A stretch of DNA of 64,000 nt, from assembly GCA_030141605.1 (NCBI GenBank), contig JAQGDQ010000138.1, positions 372,001-436,000 on the forward strand, read 5' to 3'. This DNA comes from Tubiluchus corallicola. Lineage: Eukaryota > Animalia > Priapulida. Shown piece by piece: positions 50,559 through 64,000 of this stretch; the first letter of the stretch is position 1, and each line of letters begins with the position of its first letter. The notes beneath the pieces were generated by a model that searched no databases, was not told where the DNA came from, and worked only from the letters and a program-made list of their open reading frames with translations. A program made the position numbers and the translations under genes.

Positions 50559-52682
50559 CTGAAAAAAAACAATGAATGTTTAGGATATTTATTTAAGTAA
50601 CTTAACCATAATCTACACTCTACAGTTTTACATTTGCAAGTTACGAAATTACAAATTTACCATAAAAATATTTTTTTTAAACAAGACAGAGGAACAATAG
50701 CAATTTAAAAAACACAAAAATTTAGAAATTAACTATATGTGATGTACAAGAAATAAAAAAACTAGCCTAAATTTCAACGATGATAAGAACTGACCAGTAT
50801 TCAGTGACATTCACCCCATGATCTAAGGTCGAAGGCATTTTACCATTGGGTTTAAGCCTCTACTGTACGTGTATATCAGTAATTTTCGTGAATCTTAGAT
50901 ATTGTACTTCTTGAATTATTTGATATTGTATTAGAAACATATTTTAAGGGACAAAAATAGACGATTTGTAAGACTTGAAGTTTTCACCAGTCAAAGCAAA
51001 ATCTTTATTTAAAATCGTAGTACACAATACACAGGCGTTGGATTAAGAACAAATAAAGCTCAAAGAGATATACTAGTACTTAGTCTATTTGCATGCCTGT
51101 CAGTAAGTGATAATAAATCGAATTGAACCAGGTTAAGCCTGATTTCAAAAAAGTTTATGGATGGAGTAAAAAGAAACTTTGGCGTATGAAGAAAGAGGAT
51201 CCCACATTTAAAACTCTGTTAAAAAAGAGAAATGTGTAAAAATGTCGGCTTGATAGAGTACGTCTTACAGGACTTGAGACGTCTTACAAGAGAGTAAGTG
51301 TTGGTTCGTGGTAACAATTTGGGGAGCATCACGTTATTGTTTTAGTACTAGCGTGCGTAGACAGGATCCGATAATTATTATAAGCTTATATGCAAAAAAA
51401 TGCGATATCAACGAGCAGCTTTCTTGAAGGTAAAGGTCATTAACCATTGTCATATAGTACTTAGAACTCTTGCTAATTCTGGCAAACCAAAATCCAAATT
51501 AAACGTCAATTTAATCTAACCCACAATCAGTGGGAAACATGCACACACTACTGCACTAGTTGTGATTATACAGTGTACATTGTGCGCTGTACAGGCTTAT
51601 TTAGTGTAGGCTTATCAACTGAAACAGATAAGCTTATTTAAACTATCGCGTGTAAAAAGTAAAAAAACAGGGCTATTTTCAGAAAATCTATATATACGTG
51701 TGCAAACAAAATTTGAAATATTCCTAAGTATTGCTATAGCTAAGTCGGGTTCCCTACCAAGTTCACTCACAACTAATCGCTCGCAGCCCTAGAAGTTGCG
51801 AGATGGCTTTTCATGGGGTGAGACAAATAGGCCTAAAGAATATGATTCTTTTCTTCATTTTATTTTATATATTACTGACTACTGGCACCACTGTTTTCCA
51901 ATTAGCACCTAGTCACCAAATCTTCTAATATCGATTTGTTTACATTAGTCTACGATTTTTGTTTCTATTAAACCTGTCCTATAAGCCAGAATACTATCGT
52001 TCAAATGAATTTTATTTGTTATTATCTTGTTTGCATTGTTAAAACATTAATTCGTCAAAAAGCACTTAACGAACTTAATAAGGTATATTAGCTCATAACA
52101 GGTATTTCGGCTATGAGCTTATTTTTAGTTCAATTTAATTACTGTTATGTGGTTCGATTAAAAATAAATTAGTTAGTTATTCGAAATTTGACTTTTTGTT
52201 TTATATTTAGAACATGGTATTTCGGTATAGAGAGTACAAAAATTAAACATTTTCCGGGGTTGTCCTGCATAGTAAAGATTGTGAACCCCAAGCAAAGTGC
52301 AATATAGACCTACATGCATGCATACAAATGTATGCCCGACTAACACAATCAATATTTAACAAAGAAAAGCTAAAGCATCTACAGCCAGATTTCATTTCAG
52401 TAAACACTAGCACATGCAGTTTCATAAACCATTATGAAAAAACCACGAGGAGATGCAGTAAACTAAAAACTTAGCTAAAGATACCGCAGCATCTGTTCGC
52501 TAAATATAAATTGGGATAGATGGCGATCCAAGCCCTGTAAACAGTGCCGGTAATAGTATATTAAGCGTGTATTATTCATAACATGTGACACAACTTAAAA
52601 GAAAGAATTGCCTCCCCAAGAAAAGGAGCGACTACTTCATACTCTCGTTAAACCTTTTGTTAAAGCTAATACACGTACGTAC

Positions 52683-52854
52683 ATTTATACAACACCATAC
52701 ATCCAAGAATAAGGCTTAGCAGAGCCAGTAATAAACACACCATGTACAGCTTATTATTGTTTTTCTTTTTCACCATAGCAACCACCAACAGTGGTGGCAC
52801 ATTGCCTTTTTCCGCTGCCGGAATAGTTAGAGTTTGGGTTCTCCACTTCGTCAT
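52683..52854 (-). CDS. AGRN: candidate alternative first exon of agrin, type II transmembrane anchor
   Basis: ATG (A at -3) opens MTKWRTQTLTIPAAEKGNVPPLLVVAMVKKKNNNKLYMVCLLLALLSLILGCMVLYK. A basic cluster precedes a ~20-aa hydrophobic stretch. The exon ends at a phase-1 GTACGT donor that fits the next (phase-1) exon. Confidence 0.7.
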
Positions 52855-55800
52855 TATGAAACTTTCAATGTGTGCAAGAATGCGCTAGAATCAATCACAA
52901 AAATTTCACAATTATAAATAGATTATACGAGCAATGACTTTGTCCTTTCGTCTAAACATTCGAATCGTGTTTTTTCACTTTTTGCAAGTAAGAAGAGCAG
53001 CGAACACAAAGTACGAAAGCTTCTTCCAAGCAGTACTAAAATAATTTTCTGTTTTAAAGGTAAATATGCTGTTGTTAAAACGAGTCGCAAACAAACACAA
53101 AGATGAATGCAACGGAAACAAGCAAGCACCCAACTAACCCATAATTAGTTGTTTCTAACCATAAAAAGAATATTACTACACGACTTTCTCGCTCAAATTT
53201 CACAAAATTACTATTTAAATTTCTAACACAAAAGGTCATCGAACATTGTGGTCGACCGCGCTAAAATTGAGCTGTTACCTCGCATTCAAGCGGGCCTACT
53301 CAAGTAGGCCTACACACACGTCAAGTGAAACCATTGAGTCGTACAGTTAAAAGCTTCTACCGCATTGTCTAACGCGTCATGTCCTAATTCAGGCACTCGC
53401 TATCCTTGCTGGCATTTGCAGATGCAGAAGCTTGTTCAAAGCTACCAACATTAGGTCTTTAACTTGCAATGTTCTTCATTAATGCAGTAAATCTTAATCA
53501 GCACAACATTCACTAGTTTTTCAAAAACCTTCTATCCCTGAAATGGTTTCAGTTGCAGCTACAGAAGCACTAGAAGTTAAAAGCTAAAATTAATAAACTC
53601 CAATCACACTTGATTCACAGCAAATTCCTGTTTTTTGTACGTTTTCTCAACGCGCAATAAGTCTACTGCAAAGTTCTGTTTGCATGTCACGCAAGGCTAG
53701 TAGACTGAAATATATCTGCACAGTCAACACCCTGAGTTATTATTTTCCGCACGTCTGTGTACCTGGACAGGTGAACGAGAGGCGATGCTGCGGTTTTGCA
53801 CCTGATAAACCGCTCGTGAACTTCGTGCATGCCGTATAAATACAATTAGCTACCTTAAAGGGAAATTACCTATTCAGCATCCTGCCATACGTACACATGT
53901 AGTTAATAGTCAATTTTTACAAGATAACTTCCGGGGGCCTGCACATAACAAGCTAATAACTGCTGCAGAACAATTCCAACATGTCTTATTGTAACGACAA
54001 CATTATACAGGAGTAGTAAATCAACTGCTAATAGTCAGGTGGTTTATTCAGATCGCCGACGGGAAGAAATGCTCACCACGAATTCCAGCAAAATATCCGG
54101 TGACCTTGGGTTAACAAAAACCATCATCCTGAAATTTATCACTCAAAAATTCATCACGGATGATAGATTTCCTACTCAATTTGATCGGTACGTCCCATTT
54201 TGTGTAAAAAGATCCCTTGAAAATTAATATTCAATCACGAGTTCTTCATTATTTTGGTAAACCTGCAATCAGAGCCATGCCACCTGTTTACAGGCACTCG
54301 TAGCGAAGCACGCATGGAACTTTCTATTAAGAGTGATTTGATTGAATTTGACGTCCTCACAAGAGCATTATGTTGAATGAATTATGATCATCATACCAGT
54401 CTTTCCTGTCCTGATGCACAAATATTACCTTACAAATGCCTCGTTTGACCTTAAATGGTTCGAATAACTTATAGTTTAACCTTTATAGTTTTCATATAAC
54501 TTTACATTATATTATTCACTTATAATAAGAAAAAAATCAATAATGTTTCGGGATCACAGAAAATAAATACGCAAATAGTCTACGGTAATAATAAGCAATT
54601 ATGCCATCGTAATTTATAAATTGCATAAATTATGCAAAGACACAAGCGTTTGTTTGCACTGGTAATAACAATGTACCGTATACTCGGTAAACAGCACCTA
54701 ATATATTATACAGCTTAGTAAACAGTAGTTGCTGTACAGAATTTTACTAAACTCTTGCAATAAAATGGGCATGTAAAATCGTTCGAGAACACATTAATCG
54801 CAGCGAGAAAACGCTAGTGAAAACGGCCTTTACATACTGCTGAGAAGCAAGAGCATCAAGAACACAAATAAAAGAAATAAAGTTAGCATAGAATACTTTA
54901 CTCATAAGCACAATAAGAATTACTCATTAATTATTAACACTAAATACAGCTACAGGCAGCTTAAATCAACGTATTTATATAAATGCAAAATATCAATTGA
55001 TTTACAATAAACCAAAAAGTAGGTGAAATATATTACGCAACTAGTAACAATTAACGAATTTTTTTCTATTGCATGCGTTCGCCAAAAACGACTGTAGATG
55101 AGAAAAAATGCAGTTAAATAGTTAAATGCTGTGGATAGCAAATAGAATCAATTGCACCTTGTCACAGTACAGAACCGGTAATTATGTATCCCTAGTATAA
55201 AAATAATTTGACTCCCTTTTTCATAAACGCAGTGTCACCTACTTGTGATCTTACAGAAGAAATAATCATATCAGCAACTGAAAATGATATAAAAATCAAG
55301 ACTGGTGAGTAATGCTCAATAGTGTATAAAAATATGGCAAATTGCAAATATGTCCTTGCAAAGCGGTTAAAGGGCGTAAATCATGAAGTGGTAATAACAG
55401 CATAACAAAAAATTGAGTTACTATCAATGATCCTGCTACAATTCCGTGCAATTAAAAAATATCGCGTTCAGCAAGCCCACGAACACGCCGAACCGTTTCG
55501 GAATGCCAGGTAAAAACGACAAAACAGAATGTTCCTTATACCGCCCAATATGTCACTTTACAAAACGCCCCTCAGTGGTGAGGGCATGAAAAGAACACGT
55601 TTAAAAAATTCCAGGCCAAAAACTTGCTAAAATGAAGAACAACCTGGCATGAAAGCCACACAGTGTGAGCTACGTCGCTGATACAATGGATGAAAAAACA
55701 GCTTGAGAGTAAAGATAAATATGCTTTTCAACAATAATGCATTGCAGCTACTTTACTTTCCAAGCACTTGCTCCAATCCAACATTATACTTAAGCCTTGA

Positions 55801-58800
55801 GTCAAAGGCAAATCTCAGACCAGTATTTCTATAGAGAAAAGCTGTTACAACAGTAGTTAGTAGTTACGGGATTAGCGTCTGACTATTAATTTTCTCATTT
55901 TATGGATTATTATGGGGTCGGTCAATGGTCATCATGCATTTTCTCTTAGTGTTGACCTTCAAGATCTTTTGGACCTGAATTAATATTATCTCACTGTACT
56001 ACCAAAGAAGTGAAAATTCTGTAGTTTTAGCACAATTTTAAGTAAACATTTTGACACTGTAAACGTAGTTGATTAAATATTTTCTCCATATTATATAATC
56101 ATAATTATATAGTTATATATATTCTGGCATATATATTTCTAACTACGCTCACAAATAAACATAAACATCACAATTATAATTAGCGCATTTGGTGAGTTAG
56201 GTTTTATCTTGCACTCTGAATTGTCTATTACAATAAAAAACAATAATAAATGTTTGTCTTTATATCTGCTGAAATTTCATCACAAATTTGGCTGTCACTT
56301 ACTAAAAACAAAAAACGAAGCTTGCCACTAAATTATCAAACTTTAAATCTACTCCCACCGAGTCCCCATGACTCCCATCCCATCAATTTAATCCGTACGT
56401 AGCTTTCCTCAGTAACTATAACTGATACAGTTAAAGGCCACTAAAATCGAAAGCCACGTTTGTGGCGACATCGTTTGGCGGAGAAGGCAAATTTTTTTAA
56501 CTTGCGAATCTCTCCTTACAGCGGAAAGGTGGAGCTGCATGCCTGTCATTATATAAGTTAACTACCACAGGTCATGTTAATAACCCATTTTATTTACGTC
56601 GCTCAAAAACTGCCTCTATTAATAATCTTGAGCTGCACAACGATCAGGAAACCAAGCCCATAACGTTTTTAGATCATCGTTTTATATCTTGTAAAATTCA
56701 CTAGACAGACCCATTACAGGTAAGTCCCTTTTGGCCATTTCGTACAAAGAAATGTAAAAATAATAATAGCCCACTCTAGGGCTCGGAATCACACATAACA
56801 AACGCACAAATTACTACTGCCAAAATAATAAAGAAAGAACCGTTAGTGCTCAATTATTCCAAATTCAAAGCACAATTTAAGCAACATTAAATACAATCAT
56901 GACATCAAATGAGTGTCATCAATATGCTATGAGACTTAAGAACAACACAAGTTAGCCCATGAAGACCAATTTAAATTTTTTTCAACAACGCTTGAATAAA
57001 AAAATCTCCGAATGTACTTCCAATCACTGAACGTACTTCCAGTCAGATCCATCCATGCAGGTTCATGGTTTACTAAGTGAACTACGCTCCGCACGGTCTA
57101 CACGCGGAAGAAGCAAAAATTTACTTGCATAATATTCGTTGAATCGCACCAAGCATATGTTGTTTCTGGGAAACCACCCAGAGCTGTACCTTCCAGTTAA
57201 TAATCACGCATATTCGTCTTATGAAAGGCCAATAATATACAAATCTTGTTTGTGTTTGCACATGGAGTAGCCTAATATACTGTAAACTTGCACGGCGACT
57301 ATCCCTACACTACAGTATTAGTCCAAATGCAATAATCAAATAAAAACGCTGCAGTAAAGTTATCCTAAATACATGAAGTTGTTGCATAAGCTAATCGCAA
57401 AAAACACCATAGCTCAGGCGCCATACTTAATTTCACCTAATCCAGGCATCTGAAAATCAAAACAAATCTCATTACAAATACAAACACTCTAGACTTTAGT
57501 CATCAGACAGTTATTTTAAAATGCTGATGGCTTTTAAGCCAGTCAGATTAGAGAACTGCAAAAACAACGACGAATAATTTTCGAAGCAAACGTCTTTTTT
57601 GCGGAAAAATCTCGAATAACACAGAAGTGAAAGCTGCGTATAAGTTGTAACATGGTTCGCACTGGTCGTAAAATTAGATGACAAGCAAATTTACGGCCAG
57701 TTTATCTAAATTAAGTACAGTCAGCCACTTTAATGCATATATAAAGTTGTTCAGTTGCTCCATAAAAACCCCAAAACTGAAATTCAAGGAATTAAAGGAA
57801 CACCACCTTACTACGTTAATTATAATTTTGGTAGATAGCGACATTCACTGAAAACAGCAAATGACGGTAGTGCTGTAAGCAGTAGTGGTTTAAGTGCTTA
57901 TAAAACACGAAAAAATAAAGACAACAGAACTTACAGAAGCAAGTGCCACTTTAAATAATGGAGGAAGATCACAAGGCAGACCGTAAAATTTGTCATGGCC
58001 TTCTTGTACTCTTTATTACTTTACTGCTCAATAAGTCATAGATGTGGCCCCATGAATGTAAATATGAACGTCTTGGGCAAGTTTGATTTATTGTTTGCGA
58101 AAAAATAAAACTATATAAAATTATATAAAGTTATATTATATAAAATACAGGATTAGATTTGGTCCTGCAGGCTGCAGCCTAAATGCTAAAGCATGCCGCC
58201 ATTAATGGACAGTGGCGCCATCTCCTACTAAAACTAAATCCAAGTTTTTATACTGATTACTATGCAATTTACTATACTATGCACGTATCGGAAGTGGTGC
58301 TGACAAGCCCTGGCATAGCGGTGTCTAGTTTTTTGCTGAATTAACTGCTGTGTTTACCTGTCTTAAGGGCAGATTTCTTTTATTTTAGAGTTCAGCCTGC
58401 CCAATGTTTACAATAGACGTAATGAGCATATGATGATGATGACTATGTAATTTTAATCTGGACTTGTCGTTTTTGCGTCAAAAGTTGGTCTGTGTAGCAT
58501 TCAAATGCGAAAAATTTAAACTGGATTGTTAAAGTTGCTAAACTACGTGGGCTACTTCAGTGGTCAGGCAGCAGAAAAAAATGCAAAAATACCTTACAAG
58601 AAAAAGACTCCATGGGAAAGTTTTCTCTCACGGATTACCTTGGACAAAGCGTTTAGCAACTTCGAACTCGTTCAAATGATTTCAGAGGCAGACAATAGGG
58701 TCAGAGCTCGTCTAAGTTTGTGTCAATAACCAAACACATGCCATGAATAGATAGCAGCCTCTAATTGGTTAAACTACTATAAGCTTATTTGAGTCTGAAT

Positions 58801-61800
58801 AGCCCACACATAGGCATAATGTTGACAAAAACTGCTGGCTAAAATCCTCAAGCAAACAATCTAAATCTCGACAGTGGCGGTGAAATAAAGGTAACCATAC
58901 AGCCTGGCAGCATTAAATTTTTGATTAATGTAAACCAGGCTCCATGATTTTAAAGCACATCAGTGAATTAACAGACGGATAAGGCTTTTAACTTGACGCA
59001 ATTCTGAGAAAATATCCATCCGACACAGATTTAAAGGAAAGGATAAGCCATTTATCATGTTGGGTTTATTTTGCCGTTATCACTTAAACTTAGAAAAATA
59101 TAACAAAGAACTGTCTATAAACAGTCAGAATTGCAAAACTGTCTATGAACCATAAAATTAACTTATACTACGGCGGTTAGTTCAGCAGAATTCAGTACCA
59201 CATAAAATTACATATAGGAGTAAACACGAGTAATCAGTCTATAATACTGAGGAATGTTCGTCTGAAAGACTAGATTTTGAGCCTCGTATTGCTTCATACA
59301 TGCATATAAGCGACCAACACACGGTAACTAATAAACACGTGGTTAGCGTGAAGCGCATTGAAAGATGGGATAATGTATTAAGAGTTCAAGTAGTTGCTTT
59401 GGGCAGATGCTCAGAATTCTTCGAGTTTCACCTCATCATGACACAGATATCTAGAGTTGTTACTCATCAGTAGTACAAAATGAGAGAAACTAAAAAAGTG
59501 TACAAGGTCACTCAGGCCTGTAATCCAGTTAGCGCGTTTGCCGTGTGAAGTGCTTACAAGAAAATATAGTCTATATTCCTATTTTATAATGTTATCTGAA
59601 ATTGATTAACTTTACCAGTATCTAGTGTACATAAAATGAATTTGTTTTTTAATAGTCACCTAACAGTATGAGTATGTTGTTAGCCGTTAGCAGTCTTAGC
59701 TTTATATATCGAGTCTTCTGTTAACTTTGACAATACATCTATTTTACTATTGTCTCCAATCATTTCCAGGTTTTGCACCTAAAGTAAATTTTATCTGGAT
59801 GGATGTATTGACTTCGCGACGTTTGTAAAGACGATACACACGTGTATAGAATGTGGTGCCAAGCAATAAACGTAACATGTCATCCCACAAATGACACGAC
59901 ATTACATTTATGGCTGTTTACACGTTGGCAGATGTCTTATATGACTAAAGTAAACACCATAACGTCCAGTTCACAACTAACGCGCCGAGGGAAGCCTGAT
60001 AAATTCAATTACAACTCGAGGATTCTGCCCACTTATGGCACACGTTACAGATTTTAATGGGAATTGGCACTCAACAACCGACAGCTTTGTAATTTTAGGT
60101 AATTGCGTTGGCTACTTTGAAGACTGTGTAACAGTTGGTCTGATTCTAAAGAAGAGTGTAATAGCAAAGTGATGCTAGTAAGCTAATAATCACAAACAAA
60201 AGCTTTGGCTTTTTCATAGAATAAGAGAAAATGATTTCCACCCTGGTTCGAAACCCGTTCACTGTTAGCTTAGTATAGACTGTGGGCCTTTCCTTGTTAG
60301 CTGCTGGTGAAGCCCATTGAAAAAATTCTAGAAGGAAAATGATGATAAACAATGTTGCCACGATAAGCATAATTAAAACAGAAAAATGATCGAGGCACCT
60401 GCTTGTAAGTTGCAGACGCGCAGAGTTGATCAAAGGTCAAATAATTTCAACAAATGCATAATTCAAGTTGACAGCAAAGCAAAAACGCTATCAGTAGATG
60501 AAAACTTGTATCCAGGTTAAATAGTGTACATCAGTAAGTAAAAGAAGAGCCCGTTTGTCTGTCTTGCGGTTTTTAGACAAAGCCATCCTGATGCGTTTTC
60601 TAATGTAGACTAATGTATTCTAAAAATTAAATTCTTCACGCCGAAGTCACTAAAGTTAGTGAGATGTTTAAGATGAAAAATAAAAGCGAAAGAGGTGCAG
60701 TTTAATAACTAATAAGATTAGTTATTACGTGATTTTTACAGGGCTGAAATTTACAGACTAATTCTCTAAGATAAGTTTAGACAACAAACAGCCTCTTCGG
60801 ATGTACAACCAGGATTCGTATGATGAATGAAACCTCCAAGAGAGAGTACTGAACCCAGAGGTAATACTTTCATTCACTAACCACCATTGCCGTTGTTTAA
60901 CTTCAATCGCTTAGTACACACGTGACCATAGGGTTATTTGAACTCATTTCGTTTGCATCAGTGAATGTTCAATAATTAAGGTGATGAAATCAGGTTTAAA
61001 GCAGCACCATAATGGGTTTCGCTTGATGCTAATGGGCGCTGCCGTGGTTTCAGAAAAAATCCTCTGAATTCCTAGGTGTTGCACAAAACGAGCAAAACTG
61101 AGATTCTTAGTATATTCGAATTGTAAACGAGATTATGGTGCACACTTACAACACTTGACGAAATAACACACCACATAGCTGACATGTTTCGACAAAATAG
61201 ATTCAATTATCTGCACCTTGTAAACTGTTACGCCGAATTTTGCCGACAAAGTCGAATTCCCTAACTTCTGAAATTTGAATTCGATGTTTTACATGTTTAG
61301 CTCATGCTAGTACTTTTCTAGTACCACAACTGTATCATGCGTCTATTATGAGGCTAAACAACTTAAAATTGGTCATTATTTAAGCATTAAGACCTCAAAA
61401 AATTTGAAAACTATCAGACAGTCAAATTAGTCTAACCTTAGGGCGTAGAAAGCTATTCGTTAAACACCTGTTCTCTCCACTAATTAGTGCAGAACACTGC
61501 TAATAGAAGCGCAGGCACACCGTTTTTCAAATCAATTTTCATTGGTATGTATCTATTTAAACTAAACATACAGACATGTGAATCGTACTGCATGTTATGA
61601 CAGTAGCATTCAAAACTTGAAAGGAAACATTATAATATATGTTGCGACATTGAGAGAATCTTATTGCACTCATGCTGTATACAAGTGGTTACTCCTACTA
61701 TCTAAAGAAATTCTTTTGATATGACTCAGAAAAGAAAATGCTAAAGTTTCGGATCACCCAGGCACATTACTGATTAATGGACCAACACCCTTATTTCAAC

Positions 61801-63924
61801 AAGCAACGATAGGTGCCAACCTCCGAGCTTTTGAAAACGTCTGGTCCCGCAATTACATACTGCTGTCAAAAGCTTCCAATTTCAAGTTTTATACTTGTCT
61901 CTCGGGAAAAGGAATGGACACCAATACGGTCCCTTTACACCAATGATTAGCTAACGTGCTAGCCACCCACCCACGAAAAAGCTTGCCCCTTGGCGATAAC
62001 TCACTCAGTACAAAGGACACACGACCCTGCATAAATCACGTGTGTAATCTTGTCTGCCCACCGCCTATTATTCACAACCCACAACAGAAATTCATCTCTC
62101 ACATCCTGCGCCAGCAATAGCAGACAACCATCCCTACCCGAAAAATTACCTCACATTGTGAATTCATCAGAGGCTGCATTAGACGCTACTATCTGAGGCC
62201 ATATTGTTAACTGTTTACCTGAAATAACAGTTCATTTTGCCCTGCACCTGTTAATTAGATAATTAATGCCTGTGGGGTAATTATGAGAGTTGAGCTTGCA
62301 AGCACGCAAGACAAAAGACTGCTGACAGATAATGCGAAACAAAGCAACCCGCAATACAGTAATTCATTCTAATAAAGATCATGAAACGAAACATTGTTGT
62401 AACCACTAGAACGACTTTTTTAACTTTCTATTTTCTTACACCATTCCACTGGCAAATTTAATTCGGTTTTTAATGATATGCGAGACGTGCAAGACGACAT
62501 TGAAGTGTCTATATGTTAAGGCTACAGTCTATACTTCTTTTGTCTAAATCAAAGAAATGTGGTGATGAGGAATTCAAGAGATATTATTATAACATTTCAT
62601 TAGTTCATTGTTTAGGCACCATACAATTTCTGAATTGCCAAGATCATATACCACTATTACTAGTACATGACCAGAAAGTTGAATTTGCCAGCAATAGGCC
62701 TTCCGATTTGCAAAAGCTCTCGCTTGGATATTCTCTTTAAATCCAAACTGCATGACATCCAGACATAAATGAAATCTTCCTACGGAAAGGCAAATCCTGG
62801 AGAAGACTAAGGATGTGATTACATCATGATTTCCCCCGATGGAAACACTCGCGACAAAATGCAAGACTAAAACGTCATGCTACAGAATCTGGTAAAAATA
62901 ATGCGCTATAAAGCAATATAAATCAAACTGTAAGGAAGCTTTTCTTGAAATGATACAACGTTAGATAAAAATTGAATGCAAAGGGTTCCTTCTGGAAACA
63001 ACATCAGTTTCGATACGCCCTGTTCGATTTGAGAAGCCTAAACGTTTCGATTGTCAATCAGACAGAGTGGATCTCCTTCGTCTCATTACAATAGATTACT
63101 CATTCAAAATGTCTTCTTTTATTCAATTACAGACCACGTTCAAATAGAGGCATGATATTAAAGTATTGTGGAAGAGTTGAGACATTCAGCCTTGACAGGC
63201 AAGTGGGTAATGGTACATAGACTACACTTATACATCACGTATAATACAAAATTGCACATGAAATTCAATTCATAATGGTTTTATTGCAACACTAAATAGA
63301 ATCGCACCCTATACACGTCTCGTCAGAATTCACCTCATTCAGTGAAGTCTCGGGAGGCGTTGGACTAAAGTTCGAAGGCTGCGTGTGCACTATTCGAGGA
63401 TGAGGATAATTATTGACTTAAGCAGACGTCTCTTTTTATTGTCTGTTCTGTCCCCAATGAATTCTGGGGAAAGTAACTGTTGTTGTGCTAACACAGAAGA
63501 AGACAAAAGTACTACCAGTAATCTTCTAAAACATTTGTTGCGACAGTCCTGTGCACTTAAGAATCAGATTTGGTTGAAGTCGTTTAGGGATTTAGACGTC
63601 AGCCTTCAGTGCAAGAGAAATCTCTGTATAATTAAGTGTTACCTGATGTATAAATGCATAAGAAAGTTATTTTCGCTGCCTTACGATTGTAGTGACAGAC
63701 AAATGTGCTGTATTTGAACATAGCGTATTTATATGTTTTACTAAGGAAAACGATATATCCTTTTATGATGAAAGTTAAAAACTGCAACAACAATTTTCTA
63801 TGTCTCGGGATAACTCTGATGTTTTTATATTGCTTAAATTGCATAATAGATGAAGACAAGTTCTTTTCAGTACAAACTGTTATAATCGTAAATATTTACT
63901 AATAACCATTTTATTTTTTGCCAC

Positions 63925-63951
63925 TAATAATAATAATAATAATAATAATAA
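63925..63951. repeat. (TAA)n microsatellite
   Basis: Directly visible. Confidence 0.9.
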
Positions 63952-64000
63952 CTAATTACCACTAATCCTTATATTTTATTATGTGTGTAAATACTATGTA

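Larger units (their letters stand above)
878..52854 (-). other. AGRN: agrin gene span (partial; 3' end of LG3 beyond left edge, possible NtA exons beyond right edge)
   Basis: Exons join in phase to give the agrin order FS x8 - LE x2 - FS - S/T - EGF - LG1 - EGF - EGF - LG2 - EGF - LG3, including the agrin-typical motifs YGCCPDG and PCGCSKFGSVRDDCEQMTGRCVC. Confidence 0.95.

Noticed and set aside
57935-57996. ATG-initiated hydrophobic mini-exon MTNFTVCLVIFLHYLKWHLL with a GTAAGT donor
   Set aside because: The donor is phase 2, incompatible with the downstream phase-1 agrin exons.
59420-59470. CTGATGAG...GAAAC on the minus strand (hammerhead-like)
   Set aside because: Stem II and the flanking stems do not pair.
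60146-60433. Minus-strand ORF with signal-like MLIVATLFIIIFLLEFFQWASPA
   Set aside because: No convincing phase-1 donor and no recognisable domain; hydrophobic ORFs arise by chance in AT-rich DNA.
52855-64000. Expected agrin NtA-domain exons
   Set aside because: I recognised no NtA-like coding segment; it is presumably outside the window or absent.

Overview
AT-rich invertebrate (metazoan) genomic DNA. The whole window lies within one large multi-exon gene on the minus strand, which I identify as agrin. I joined 30 shared coding exons by hand, all with GT-AG boundaries and consistent phases. The order is: Pro-rich linker, follistatin/Kazal (FS) 1-8, a Lustrin/WR1-like Cys module, a GCCPDG segment, two laminin-EGF domains, FS9, an S/T-rich region, an EB-like module, then EGF1-LG1-EGF2-EGF3-LG2-EGF4-LG3. 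The end of LG3 lies beyond the left edge, and any NtA exons would lie beyond the right edge. Two candidate alternative N-termini are present: a type II transmembrane first exon at 52683-52854 and an internal signal-peptide start at 39845. The introns contain (i) an apparently intact 3-exon antisense gene for a 115-aa secreted cysteine-rich precursor with a furin site (19743-20616), which the ORF track misses; (ii) a decayed, intronless TTLL4-like retrocopy; (iii) two THAP-domain transposon relics; and (iv) several MITE/foldback elements, microsatellites and short perfect hairpins. All calls come from manual reading and recalled family motifs; no database searches were run.
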